From Octopus bimaculoides (taxonomy: Eukaryota), in NCBI RefSeq assembly GCF_001194135.2, contig NC_068987.1, positions 74,625,735 through 74,668,111 on the forward strand: a stretch of DNA of 42,377 nt. Reading direction: 5' to 3'. Each line of letters opens with the position of its first letter. Position 1 is the first letter of the stretch. Under the pieces are notes generated by a model. The model did not search any database. It was not told where the DNA came from and saw only the letters and a list, made by a program, of their open reading frames with translations. Shown here one piece after another: positions 1 to 12,566 of this stretch. A program made the translations under genes and the position numbers.

Positions 1-120
1 ATATATACATATATATATATATATGCATATACATATATATTTAAGAGAGAGAGAGAGGGGGGAGAGACAAACAGACAGAGAAACAGGGAAAGGGTGGAGG
101 AGAGAGATATGTGTGTGTGT
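1..120. repeat. Compound (TA)n/(GA)n/(GT)n microsatellite
   Basis: Directly visible dinucleotide runs. Confidence 0.9.
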
Positions 121-207
121 AAATATGTACACATACACTGCGCTCAGTGTGTGAAAGTAAATTTAATGTTTATAACATATTACTATGTTTAAAACATACT
201 TGCTACT

Positions 208-302
208 CAATAACAATAATAATAATACCAACAACAACAACGACAATAACAACAACAACAATAATAATAATAATAACCACAAAAACAACAACAACAACAA
301 CA
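208..302. repeat. (AAT)n/(AAC)n trinucleotide microsatellite
   Basis: Runs of aataataat and aacaacaac; these explain the poly-N/T/I/L ORFs at 147-379. Confidence 0.9.
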
Positions 303-429
303 AATTTTCTCTTTTATTTGCCACTAAGGGCCCGTCCCAACGTATAATAAAGATGCTATACAGAGAAGTCAAAACGTGAGAATGGATGACAAAAGGAAGT
401 TATATAAAAATGAGGGTGGATCACAGGCA

Positions 430-1419
430 TTATACAATATAGGGGCGTATTAAAAATTTGATTTGATTTAAAACGCAGAATAGATGGTATATAAAAATAG
501 AGCAGTTAAAATATGTAATGTCGAGAATATGAAAAAAATTGGGTAACCTACACAGATTGAAAACACCCCCAGGTTGGGATAGAGCATCGCAAGATTGTGC
601 CTGCTTGCCTCTTATTGTGTTGGAAACAGATGCATCTAAATGTACCAGTATGTATTTTGGAAGTCGGATGTGACTTTCGAAAGACCTACATTTTCTGAAG
701 AATGGTCCTTTGTGTCTTTGCACCATTAGCGTTGTCTTTACCAAAATTAAATCCAGCATGTGCTCCTGGTAATGACACCCATATCGCTCTTCATCCTCGA
801 GTTTAAACATTAAACTGACCGTTATATAGTCTTACTCTCGAATTACTGGGATTCTGTAGGATGAAGGGCTTTTTTTTGACGCGTTCTAGATTAGATGCCT
901 TCTATTTTAGTATAATTTCTTCATGTGTCGTTTCTTTCTTTTATCTCTATTCTCAAAAGTTTTCCACTTTTCGCCAGACTTCATTTGCTCCCCATCATAG
1001 CAGAAGAATGAGATAATACTGCAAAGTTGAAGACATTTGGCTTCATCCTCTTCTCAGACAGGGAAACAGGCAACTTTCTTCACCATTTCCTGAGCTTCCA
1101 CAACTGGATCGTTTTGGAACAGCTGCCTCTGAGATTTACTGTTAGTATTGCTGATTATACTGTGTCTGTCGCTCTCAAATAACTCTTCCTGCCACAAGTG
1201 TAATAGCCGGCCTTATTGTCCTGCATCACCCATTTCATTGCTTATGTTTCTACACCCACGACGGATCACATCTCTGAAATAGCCCAGTAGTTTTCGGGGT
1301 ATGATTAGGATTTTACAAATCCATACTGACCCCTCTCGCCATATATCTCCTTCCGTCATCACTTCTTCACAACCTGTCCATACTGTACTACAACGATAGC
1401 AGCGAGCTAGACATATCAC
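430..1419 (-). pseudogene. Unassigned decayed reading frame, possibly a transposon relic
   Basis: ORFs 1213-1419 and 430-810 share one frame. My translation of the interval gives only five internal stops in 330 codons of AT-rich DNA. No family motif recognised with confidence. Confidence 0.2.
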
Positions 1420-2040
1420 TGCCAGTGTTTCACATGGTCATCATTGCATTGTTCTGGCTCGTATTGCGTAAGAACCTATGAACAGGTTGTGTCACATTTC
1501 CTCTCTTTACTTTATCCTCAGTTTTTGGAAGCCAAACGGACACTGCCTTATAACCAACCATGGTCAAGAGAAACACCACTAACTTATGTGATAGGGCGTC
1601 CTTTAGTTGTTCTTTTACGGGTATACTGCAAACCCCACTGGTTTTCACGATCAGAAATAGGTAATTTTCTTCCTTGCCCATTCTCAGACACACACTTTTG
1701 TGACATACTACTTCTCCGACTGACAAATTCCTGCACATTGACACGTCTACGGGAGATGATATCAATAGAAGGCAGTATCTATTAAAGAGAACATGTACAA
1801 GCAGAGAAATATATAGCGGGGAATACCTACAAAGAAGAACATTATATGGAAGGAACATTTACAGACGGAGATATTTCTTCAATGAAACGTCTACAATGCA
1901 GAACGTATATTAAAAAACAAATCTAAATAGAGAACATAGAGATTAAGTGAAATCTTGAGAAACATCTATACAGGAAGAAATTTACAGTAATTGCTATTAA
2001 AAAGCCATTAATCGATGAAAATACTTATATTGTTAGTATT

Positions 2041-2160
2041 GTTGCTTAGCCCAGATCAACTTTGATCTAGTAGATCAGCCATGATTATCCTGTCTTTTCC
2101 TTTCAGTCATAGTACATCAAGGATTACATTGTCCAATGTGTTCTTTTTGTTAAGACTGTA
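2041..2160 (-). mobile_element. Old retroposon 3'-tail remnant
   Basis: Reverse complement ends ...gatcaaagttgatctgggctaagcaacaa. Similar decayed ends occur near 3130-3152, 18300-18380 and 19400-19420. Confidence 0.3.
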
Positions 2161-2720
2161 AAGTATGATCAAAGGAAGATATGGCAGATATTTTTAACAG
2201 GTCGAATGATCGTATTGAAAAACTTCCAAGATGATTCGTAGTAGCTACAATAACTGTAGTTAAGCTCTAATTCAGGCTTGATTAAGCCATTCCATATTAA
2301 AATCTGTTCTAACCGTGACTTCAGCACCCGGTTTTCAGTTATAATGTATAGAATTCTATATGACTCAAAACGTTGTTTTTTAAAAGGGAGTGACGGTAAA
2401 ACTTGAGGAAAACTGAGCTGGTACTTCTTGCAAGTCAAGTAAATATTTCAGTATCAAGCATTAGCGCATAAAGTTACTAGTAATATAGTAACGTTAGCGA
2501 TAGAGATAGAGGGATGCAAGTGAATGTACACTGAAATACAACGCCATGATGTCACGTGATCAAACGTGATATCGCCTGGTTTGTAATGTGTTAGCATACA
2601 CCACAAAGTGGTGATTTTACAAGAAATTGATATTTACAAGATGGAGAAGCAAAAATCATTTCTGTAGAAACTTCTCACCTTCTTGAACCCATCCTTCTCA
2701 TAATATTTTTTATCCTTTAA

Positions 2721-2903
2721 GGCGGCGAGCTGGCAGAAATGATTAGTGGTATTTCGTCTGTCTTTATGTTCTGAGTTCAAATTCCGCCGAGGTCGACTTT
2801 GCCTTTCATTCTTTCGCGGTCGATAAATTAAGTAAATTAAGTATCTAATCGACTGGCCCCCTCACCACAAAATTCGGGCCTTGTCCCTAGAGTAGAAACG
2901 AAT
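2721..2903 (+). mobile_element. tRNA-derived SINE, family A
   Basis: A-box-like ggcggcgagctggcagaa, B-box gagttcaaattcc, body gtcgactttgcctttcat; eight further copies in this window. Confidence 0.85.
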
Positions 2904-3441
2904 ATTCTTTACCCTTTGGTTTTAAAATTCTTATACGTTTATTGTCTTTTTGGAGAAGCCTCTAAGCAGTTATTCTACCAACAAAAATTACAGCTAGCTC
3001 TCCCTCGGATCACACACCTAAATCACAACTATAGCGTACATCGAATGGGTAGTGCTGAGTGTAGCCCATGCCATAAGTCAGCAGTGGTGGTCTCGCTCAG
3101 AATTTTTCATTAAAGGTCTACTCGATGAAGACTGACCTGGAGTTAAACAAATTTCTTCCTCACACGCATTCACACGCACTGACAGTTGTGTGCGCGCGCG
3201 TGTGTGCGTGTGTGTGTGTCTGTGTGTGTGTGCGCGCATATGTGTGAATACTCTACAAAAACCTTGCCACTTTGTTAGACACCGGGTATTATTCTGTTGC
3301 AAAACAAAAGAACTTAAATAAATATGCAGAAAGTCATACACGTCCACAAAACGTATTTACATAAACACACAAATACAGGCAGACAGACAGAAACACACGC
3401 ACACACACAGATATGTACACATGTATATACATCTATATGTG

Positions 3442-3498
<57 letters not shown>

Positions 3499-3935
3499 NN
3501 NNNNNNNNNNNNNNNNNNNNNNNNNNNNNNNNNNNNNNNNNNNNNNNNNNNNNNNNNNNNNNNNNNNNNNNNNNNNNNNNNNNNNNNNNNNNNNNNNNNN
3601 NNNNNNNNNNNNNNNNNNNNNNNNNNNNNNNNNNNNNNNNNNNNNNNNNNNNNNNNNNNNNNNNNNNNNNNNNNNNNNNNNNNNNNNNNNNNNNNNNNNN
3701 NNNNNNNNNNNNNNNNNNNNNNNNNNNNNNNNNNNNNNNNNNNNNNNNNNNNNNNNNNNNNNNNNNNNNNNNNNNNNNNNNNNNNNNNNNNNNNNNNNNN
3801 NNNNNNNNNNNNNNNNNNNNNNNNNNNNNNNNNNNNNNNNNNNNNNNNNNNNNNNNNNNNNNNNNNNNNNNNNNNNNNNNNNNNNNNNNNNNNNNNNNNN
3901 NNNNNNNNNNNNNNNNNNNNNNNNNNNNNNNNNNN
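3499..3935. other. Assembly gap (N)
   Basis: N run flanked by (TA)n. Confidence 0.99.
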
Positions 3936-3993
<58 letters not shown>

Positions 3994-4241
3994 CACGAAA
4001 AATACATATCTATATATGTATGTGTGTGTGTGTGCGTGTATTTATATATGTATGTGTATATGTTTCTGTATGTATGCATGCACGTAAATAATATGTACGT
4101 ATATACATGCATGTATAAACATATATACATTCATTCATACATACACATACATACATAATACATGCATACATACATACACCTACAAGAATGCATACACAAT
4201 TTCAGATGTGCACACAACCACAATAGGATACGCGCGCACGC

Positions 4242-4272
<31 letters not shown>

Positions 4273-4461
4273 GACAACTGTCTGAAGGAGTGAAACTGGA
4301 TAAAAGCAACTTTCAAGGGAGTAAAATTTAACATATGTTACAATGCTTATGTTTGGTGGAGACATGTTTGTTACAGAGCGAATCTGTTTTTTTAAACACT
4401 CCGATTCTCGCTCCCCCCCCATACACACCTATCTTACCCCCTCTCTCTCTTTCTCTCTTTT

Positions 4462-4498
<37 letters not shown>

Positions 4499-4597
4499 TT
4501 CATTATCTGTGCTTCTATACATATCTTTCTTTCTCTTTATTTTTCGGTCTGTCTACCATTCACTCTCTTACACACATGCATACACACACACACACAC

Positions 4598-5081
4598 NNN
4601 NNNNNNNNNNNNNNNNNNNNNNNNNNNNNNNNNNNNNNNNNNNNNNNNNNNNNNNNNNNNNNNNNNNNNNNNNNNNNNNNNNNNNNNNNNNNNNNNNNNN
4701 NNNNNNNNNNNNNNNNNNNNNNNNNNNNNNNNNNNNNNNNNNNNNNNNNNNNNNNNNNNNNNNNNNNNNNNNNNNNNNNNNNNNNNNNNNNNNNNNNNNN
4801 NNNNNNNNNNNNNNNNNNNNNNNNNNNNNNNNNNNNNNNNNNNNNNNNNNNNNNNNNNNNNNNNNNNNNNNNNNNNNNNNNNNNNNNNNNNNNNNNNNNN
4901 NNNNNNNNNNNNNNNNNNNNNNNNNNNNNNNNNNNNNNNNNNNNNNNNNNNNNNNNNNNNNNNNNNNNNNNNNNNNNNNNNNNNNNNNNNNNNNNNNNNN
5001 NNNNNNNNNNNNNNNNNNNNNNNNNNNNNNNNNNNNNNNNNNNNNNNNNNNNNNNNNNNNNNNNNNNNNNNNNNNNNNNNN
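4598..5081. other. Assembly gap (N)
   Basis: N run. Confidence 0.99.
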
Positions 5082-5100
5082 NGTGTGTGTGTATATATAT

Positions 5101-5132
<32 letters not shown>

Positions 5133-5319
5133 TATACATGTCTTTCTATTTCTCTCTCTTTTTCTCACTCTCTTTCTCTCTCTCACACACACACACATAC
5201 ACACATGCACACACAAATACACACTTCCACCTACATCTAGACGCATATATTCTCTCCATAATATATATCTATTTTTCTTTTTCTTTTTCTATCACAGACA
5301 CATACACACATTCATGCAT

Positions 5320-5358
<39 letters not shown>

Positions 5359-5929
5359 TGCCTTTCCACCCCGTACACACGTTCTCCTTTCTCAAATGCA
5401 TAGCCACGTGGTCTCCTTTCTACAATTAAAACACACACACACCGTTTTCTTTACAAGACGCTCATCTATCTGTTTCACAAACATCGTCTTCATTACACAC
5501 ACCTTTTCCTTTCAAATATATATATTCATGCATACACACACACACACACACACTATCATCATCCTTCCTTACACGCATGCACACACCTGTATATATTCTT
5601 TTTTACACACACACACACTCCGCCTTCCTTACACACACATATTCCTTATATATTCACACATTGTCTCACCCTTTCTCTTTTGCTCTCTCTTTCCCTTAAC
5701 ACACACACACACACACACACACACATGCAAACACAAGCAAACACAAAGACCATCCTAAAAGAAACACCGCCATATTGGATAATACCTGCTCTTAAAGTCA
5801 GCTTCATTCTCATTAATTTTGCCATCTCTTTTCCTATTTGTCTACCCCTTCCATATCACTTTCGCCTGCACTCGGATATCTTTTTCACAATATATACACA
5901 TTATCTCTTGTTCACACAAACTCATCTAC

Positions 5930-5995
<66 letters not shown>

Positions 5996-6157
5996 TTTCA
6001 CGAATTCTTTTCCATGTCTTTCATCATTCTTATTAAATATATCCCCTTCGATCTCTCTCTCCCTTCCCCTCTTTCTCCCTCTCTCTCTCTCTCGCCGTAT
6101 TTAATATCTCCTTGATCCTTATATTACTACCTATCTATCGATCAGGAGATCAATATA

Positions 6158-6378
6158 TACGAGGGGGTGGTGAAAAGTTCCTGGCTTTGGGTAAAAGAAA
6201 ATACAGGAGGATCAATTAATTATGACTGTATTCGACATATTCCCCTCTCAGCTTCACGCACTTATCTCAGCGGTCCTTCAGGTTTTCTATGCCTTGTAAA
6301 AGAACCCGGATGGGTGGACCTCCAGCCAGGCCTTTCGCGACACCCTTAAAGCCAAGAACTTTTCCACACTCCCTCGTG
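6158..6378 (-). mobile_element. Mariner-derived MITE (~220 bp)
   Basis: TIRs tacgagggggtggtgaaaagttcctggcttt and aaagccaagaacttttccacactccctcgtg, flanked by TA. Minus strand 6231-6293 reads GIENLKDR*DKCVKLRGEYVE, a mariner transposase C-terminus. Confidence 0.85.
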
Positions 6379-6409
6379 TATATATATACACTTATATATA
6401 TATATAACT

Positions 6410-6530
6410 TATTGCCTAATCATCCTCTCACACCGTCTCCGATGAAGGGATATAATAAATATCCTGGAAACAGCTGTAAGACATTCGATTTATAAATGTT
6501 CTATATTATACACAGCCTTGGTTTTTTTTT
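6410..6530 (+). mobile_element. Penelope-like terminal repeat fragment
   Basis: gatgaagggatataataaatatcctggaaacagctgtaagac resembles the TGA(A/T)GAAG...GAAAC pLTR signature (recall only). Confidence 0.35.
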
Positions 6531-6696
6531 TATCGCATTAGGAAAATTATATCCTATATATATATATATATATACTCATGATATTGAGCTTACGGCAAGC
6601 GAGCCGTTTCAATGCAACGTAACATTCTCTTCAGAGGCTACATGATCATATTAATTCCGTTGTATGAAGCAAAAATATCGCTCGGCATATTTAAAT

Positions 6697-6998
6697 TAGT
6701 GGTTCTCAACCGGTGTCCATATGATCCAGGGGTCCAGATAAGATAGGGGCGGCAGGAGGAAGGTCAACTCAAGCAAAACAGTAAATGAAAATTCACAGTA
6801 GTATATTAAAGGACCTTGAGAAAAAAAATTGATATACATGTATTTATTGTAAGAAGAGTTAATGTGTGAATAACAAAATAGGAATTTTGAAAGAAGCATC
6901 AATAAAACTAGTTTTAAAACGTCGAATAGTTATAGGGATCCACCAGAATAAAATAGTAATCAAAGGGGTCCATAGATAAGAATGGCTGAGGACCAATG
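6697..6998. mobile_element. hAT (Charlie-like) MITE, old
   Basis: Left end tagtggttctcaac; degenerate right end gctgaggaccaatg (consensus CAGTGGTTCTCAAC / GTTGAGAACCACTG). The 8-bp TSD matches at only 4 of 8 positions. Confidence 0.55.
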
Positions 6999-7021
6999 GA
7001 TTAGGTAAAACAGATTTCAAA

Positions 7022-7223
7022 TCTTGGTATAAGGCTAGGAATTTCGTGGGGAGGAAGTAAGTCATGACAGCAACCTCAGTTTCAACCGGTACTGCTTTTA
7101 TCAACCCCGAGAGGATGAAAGGCAAAGTCGACCTCGACGGAATTTAAACTCCGAACGTAAGGATGGACGAAATGCCGCTAAGCATTTTTCCCGGCGTGCT
7201 AACGGTTCTACCAGCTTGCCACC
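7022..7223 (-). mobile_element. tRNA-derived SINE, family A
   Basis: Reverse complement of the 2721 copy (atgaaaggcaaagtcgacctcg...ccagcttgccacc). Confidence 0.85.
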
Positions 7224-7302
7224 TAGTGGTTTGAATAATATTAACCGTTATTCCTCTATATCAGGGACTATTTTTCGATTGACAGAGAGATTTTTTTTCT
7301 TC

Positions 7303-7680
7303 TGGCACTCCGTCACTTGCGACGTCGAGGGTTCCTGTTGATCCAATCAACGGAACAGCCTGCTCGTGAAATTAACGTGCAAGTGGCTGAGCACTCCACA
7401 GACACGTGTACCCTTAATGTAGTTCTCGGGGATATTCAGCGTGACACAGAGTGACAAGGCTGACCCTTTGAATTACAGGCACAACAGAAACAGGAAGTAA
7501 GAGTGAGAGAAAGTTGTGGTGAAAGAGTACAGCAGGGTTCGCCACCATCCCCTGCCGGAGCCTCGTGGAGCTTTAGGTGTTTTCGCTCAATAAACACTCA
7601 CAACGCCCGGTCTGGGAATCGAAACCGTGATCCTATGACCGCGAGTCCGCTGCCCTAACCACTAGGCCATTGTGCCTCCA
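7303..7680 (-). mobile_element. tRNA(Arg)-like-headed SINE, family B
   Basis: Reverse complement starts tggaggcacaatggcctagtggttagggcagcggactcgcgg...ggtttcgattcc (A box, TCG anticodon-like, B box) and continues ~300 bp into a SINE body with an A-rich tail. Confidence 0.8.
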
Positions 7681-7771
7681 CCACAGACAGATAGAGATAA
7701 AGATACAGTAAATGAGGTTTGAACAGAGAATAGCAAAAATACTTTTGAGGATAAACGCAGAACATCTATAG

Positions 7772-7893
7772 ATTCTTTTCTACTCTAGGAACAAGTCCCG
7801 AAATTTTTTGGGGGGAGGTGTCCAGTCAATTAGATCGACCCCAGTACACAGCAAGTACTTAATTTATCGACCGTGAAGGGATGAAAGGCAAAA
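7772..7893 (-). mobile_element. SINE family A, 3' half
   Basis: Matches tail and body of the 2721 copy; head missing. Confidence 0.75.
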
Positions 7894-8039
7894 TTGTTCT
7901 AATAATTATATTATTCGAAAAATCAAGTTACTATCAGATATCTGTCAACCTATCTATCGAACTATCTATATATTTAACGAGATATCGATCTTTCTACCTT
8001 TCACACAAGTTCCTCTCCTCAGTCAATCTTTCCACATCT

Positions 8040-8580
8040 CGTCGTATGTCTTCTCTCTTTTACTTTCACATCTCTCTCCTTCCCTCTCTCTCTCTCTCTC
8101 TCCGTCTCCCTCTTTCTCGTTTCTTAACTCAGTCATTTACATGCTAACACAAACACACCCTCTCTCACACACACATACATCTCTTTCTCTCTTCTCTTTC
8201 CTCTCTAACTGATTCTTTATATTTCTATCTCACCCACCCTCTCATTCGTTTTATTTCATTCTCTCTTAATCTTTGTCTCTCGCCTTCGCTCACACACACA
8301 CACACACCTCCTTGACCTCAACTTCTCTTTCAGTCTCACCTATTCTCCTCTTCTTTCCCCTCTCCGTCTTGCTCTGTTCTTTGTCCTGGGTGAATGATTT
8401 TATAAGCATTTCACCACATATCTATTTCCCTTCTACTACAAGTTTGTTTCTTAAAGTACAAGAACATTCTAAAATACAATGTCATGCAAAATACAATACA
8501 AACACTCATATACACACAAACACCAATTTGCTGCAACCGTACATAAACACACATTTACATAAATACACACAGACATGTCA
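8040..8580. repeat. (CT)n/(CA)n low-complexity block
   Basis: Directly visible. Confidence 0.8.
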
Positions 8581-8589
8581 ACAGATGTA

Positions 8590-9487
8590 CGTGGTCTAAT
8601 CAATAAGTATCCTGACTGTTGCCATAGTAACAAAACTAAAGCACGCACAGTAAAGCCGCTAGGCACAGATTGACCTTGAATTCTGCCGTGCATGTGCACG
8701 AAGTCTTAATGTTTTAGCTCACTTCTTCTGCTATTTACAGCAGTGTTTGGAAGGAAGGTGTGTAGCGTGTGATCGTCGTATTGGCCATGACAGAGCAAAT
8801 TGAGCAGAGAATCTGCATCAAATTTTGCCAAACGCTTGGCGGTACTTGCTCAGAGGCCTACGCCAAGTATTCAAACAGTTTTCATCGTTCGCGACACAAT
8901 CAAGGAGATTGTGTGCAACTGAAACCCAAGTGTCTTTTTGGTCAGCTGAAAGCAGTTTTGGCACAAACTTGGCAGACACGCGTTTCGTACCCAAAATCTT
9001 CAGTGATAATGGACTGAACTGAACCGTAACTAATCAGCACATCCTCTGATAACTCACGGATGGTGATTCGACGATTTCCCCTCACAGGTGCACGCACATG
9101 TGCGATGTTTTTCTCAGTTCTGCTGGTTGTGAGTCTCTCAGAACGCTCGTCAATATCAACATTTTTTCGGCTATCCTGGAGACGTCTGAACCACTTGTAC
9201 ACTTGTGTGCGGCTCCTACACTCCTCTCCATACTCTTTCTGCAACTTTGCATTGGCCTCTGAGCAGGTATCGTCACGACAACTTTCTCTGTCATGATAAA
9301 TGCGACGATCACACGCTACACACCTTCCTTCCAAGCACTGCTGTAACAGCGAAAGTGAACTAGAACGTTAAAACTTAGTGCGCATGCACAGCAGATTACA
9401 CGGTCAATCTTTGCCAAGCGGCTTCACTCTGCGTGCTTTAGCTTCGTTACTACGGCAACAGTCCGGATAGTTATTGATCGGACCTCT
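8590..9487. mobile_element. Non-autonomous mariner made of two 5' ends in inverted orientation
   Basis: TA flanks at 8588-8589 and 9488-9489. The + arm encodes MTEQIEQRICIKFCQTLGGTCSEAYAK. The - arm encodes TCSEANAKLQKEYGEECRSRTQVYKWFRR...ITIRELSEDV...KFVPKLLSADQK...LLDCVANDEN (mariner HTH region). The first 86 bp of the arms match at 73 positions. Confidence 0.85.
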
Positions 9488-9924
9488 TATAGACCATGCA
9501 TTTAATCTCATTTTCCTAAATGAGGAATTTCTTGTGCGATTGAAATCTAGAAAACCCAGGTGGCGACGACCACTTGGCAATTTTCAAAAAAAGAAAAGGA
9601 ATTCCCCCTCCACTTGCAGCCAATGCAGCTACAACAATAAGCGCAACAACAGCAGCAGCAAAAACGGTAGCAACAACAGTCATTACATTAGCAGTAGTAA
9701 CAATAGAGACATAAGTAATAACAATTACAAGAATAAGAATCAAATCTATTTTAAAAATTAACAAAAGAAACAATGCAAACGATATAGAAACAATGGAATG
9801 CCAATTGTGAAAATGGTGCTCATCTATTTCTTTGACGTGGCGAAGTGTACAATGCAGAGAGCTTATTTGCGATATGTATGGCAGTAAAGGCCAGTTGAGG
9901 TGGTCCGTCCTGAAAAAACGAGGA

Positions 9925-10240
9925 GGCACAGGCGTGGCTGTGTGGTAAGAAGCTTGCTTCCCAACCACATGGTTCCAGGTTCAGTCCCACTGTGTGGCAC
10001 CTTGAGCAAGTGTTTTCTACTATAGCCTGAGGTTGACCGAAGCCTTGTGAGTGGATTTGGTTGACAGAAACTAAAAAAAAAAGCCCGTCGTATATGTGTG
10101 TATGTATGTGTGTGCTTGTGTGTGTGTGTGTGTTTGTGTACCAGGTTTAAAAAAAGGTACTGGGGTCAATTCATTCGACTACACGTTCCTTAAGGCGATG
10201 CCCCAGCTTGGCCTTAGTCTAATGACTGAAACAATTAAAA
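9925..10240 (+). mobile_element. tRNA-derived SINE, family C (internal (GT)n)
   Basis: ggcacaggcgtggctgtgtggtaagaagc...ggttcagtccc head, core ggcaccttgagcaagtg, tail gtctaatgactgaaacaa. Confidence 0.8.
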
Positions 10241-11199
10241 TGATGAAGAAAGAAACAAAATAGTTGCAGAAAAGGGTACATTGAACAGCAGTAGAGGCAA
10301 CGGCAACAAGTCAAAACCATAGTTGCTGCTACCACTGTCTCCACGGCAGAACCGATCGAAGCTACAGGAGGAGGCGATAGCTAAAGCAAGCCCAGTCGAC
10401 CTGGCCATTTTACCACCAGCACTAGTGCTAACAACAACGACCGAAGAGCTGGGGGATCTTCTCCTATAACACAATACTAGTGAGAAGCTAAGAGTAGCAG
10501 TGCAAACCCCTCGTAACCATGCAGTGAGAGGAAAAAGATGAAAACTGAAGAACAGCGAGTAAAGGGGGTAAAAAAAGTGGGTGGGAAAAAGAAGGAACCA
10601 ACACAAAATACAAGAAGCTGGAAACCTCTGGTGCAAAGGGTGCTATCCAAACTAATTACTTGGGATTTATAGCGATCAGAAATAAAAGCTTAGTGAGGCT
10701 GCGGAAGAAGGGGAAGGAACAGAGAAGAAATGATGTGCTGAATGGTGAAGAAATAGAGAAAGGCGACTAAGAACCCTAAAACAAATGATTGTGGGTGGAA
10801 ATTATACCAATACTCGAAATAGAACAACTGAAGGACTCTCCAGATGGTACAGGAATCTTCGAATTTCGGTTAAATATGCACATCCAATTTGGAAGTCTAA
10901 ATTTCCTGAGTAGAAACTTATTTGCGTCCTTGGTTGTCCTGAGCAGCTTTTTCTCCGCCCCTTGTCTCTCTCACACTCTACACACACACACACTGAATCT
11001 TTCAATCTCTATTTTCATGTAACAATTTTTTTTACCTGTCATAACGCTTTGTATAGCGTTTTTGCTTCACTCCCACATTTATTACATTCACGTGCGCATA
11101 CACAAACACACATACGCACACACGCAACCAACACACACACACAAATACCACGCGTTTTGCAAGCTTCTTTTTGTACGATGTTTTGTATTCTATATATGG

Positions 11200-11230
<31 letters not shown>

Positions 11231-11245
11231 TAGTAGCAGCAGCAG
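11200..11245. repeat. (CAT)n(AGC)n microsatellite
   Basis: Directly visible. Confidence 0.9.
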
Positions 11246-12508
11246 TATTATACATTGACGTGTATGGATGTGTCCCCGCTCGTTCCAGTAGTTGAGTGAT
11301 ATTTTACCAGTCAAAGTGAATGAAATTTATTATCCATTTGATTATTTACAACCAGGAAATTGTTTTCGAACACGTGAAATCTTCCTTATCAGGTCTGACA
11401 CAAGATTGGATTTTTTCCCACATGATTTTTTTCTGTCCCTGTACATTTAAGATAGCAGATTTTTAAACTGATACGCTATCCACCACTAAAATGGTAACAA
11501 TGGACAAAACAGCACAGTTCGCAAACAGAAAACAAACAAAACTAAAATAAATTTAATTGCATAACGAATCTTTAATTTTGAACATTAATAAACAAAAAAT
11601 GATATTTTAACAGCCCAAACAACCAGCTTGAATATCTCAAGTCGCAATGCTGTCAAGAACTTTAAGAAGTACCAGCAAACGCTTACGTACACTCTCGCCA
11701 AGTGAAAACATTCCTGCTGCTCCACATGCCAAAGACAGTTTCACTAGTGTTACAAACAGGCTCAATTTCTGAATGTGGGTCTTTAGCTAATGAAAAAAGT
11801 CAATATAGAGGAGATACATCACGGAGACCAGTACATCTCTACCAGATGGCAACATTCAGGAGCAAACAAAGTATTAAAAAGAATTGGTTTACATCTGTCT
11901 CCTTAACACATCTCTTTAAAACATTTAGAGGCGTTGATAATGATATTGACCTTATATTCGCTGTTTCTTTTGTATCGCATCATGGGCAGTGATCAGTGCA
12001 GAGGTGGCGAGGGGCGATATGTGATCAAGAGGAATCAGTTAGGACTTACAAGTTCTAATGACTTCTGAAAACGACAGGGCTTTACCGGAGTTGTACTTTG
12101 TTGCTGATCCAGCAACAGGTACGATACTGGTGGTGCAAGGGAAAAGCCTAATTGCTACACTTAAGAGGTTTTTGCACTGAAAAACTGGAGAAACCAAAAA
12201 TAAAAGATGCCGGAGAGCAGCAGAGAGATGAGTATCAGCAGTAGAAGCAAACAGCAACAGGTCCCAGTCTCCAGAATACAATTTGCTAAAATTCCGGTGA
12301 TGGCAGAAGTTACCTCGTACCAAGTCACTGAAATCGGCGATCAGATATTCTGTCTTATCTTAACCAGTAACGCTGTTCCATCGTTTTGTGATTAAGGGAA
12401 CAGATGGAAAATGAGCAAAGCTTCCGAACTGTCGGAAAGATGTGAAGGACAAAAAGAGGGGAAAAGTCCCATAAAAAATTGTGATCTTTAACAAAAAACA
12501 ACCCCGAA

Positions 12509-12566
<58 letters not shown>

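Larger units (their letters stand above)
3181..6090. repeat. Microsatellite-rich block: (TA)n, (CA)n, (CT)n, (TACA)n
   Basis: Directly visible; contains two N-gaps. Confidence 0.9.

Noticed and set aside
605-640. LPLIVLETDASK on the + strand, resembling the start of an LTR RNase H
   Set aside because: No downstream GxGAVL motif or other RNase H residues; the frame closes within a few codons.
3314-5758. Long ORFs of 180-470 aa here and across the other N-gaps
   Set aside because: They consist of X from N-gaps plus YI/HT/CV dipeptides from microsatellites.
7600-7680. tRNA-Arg gene
   Set aside because: Acceptor stem incomplete, and the sequence continues into a SINE body.
10235-10636. 133-aa minus-strand ORF
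   Set aside because: Low-complexity composition, no motif and no splice support.
11811-11910. EIHHGDQYIST, resembling the IS3/integrase HSDxGSQY motif
   Set aside because: Partial match only, with no second catalytic motif; all frames in 11650-12460 are stop-interrupted and unassignable.
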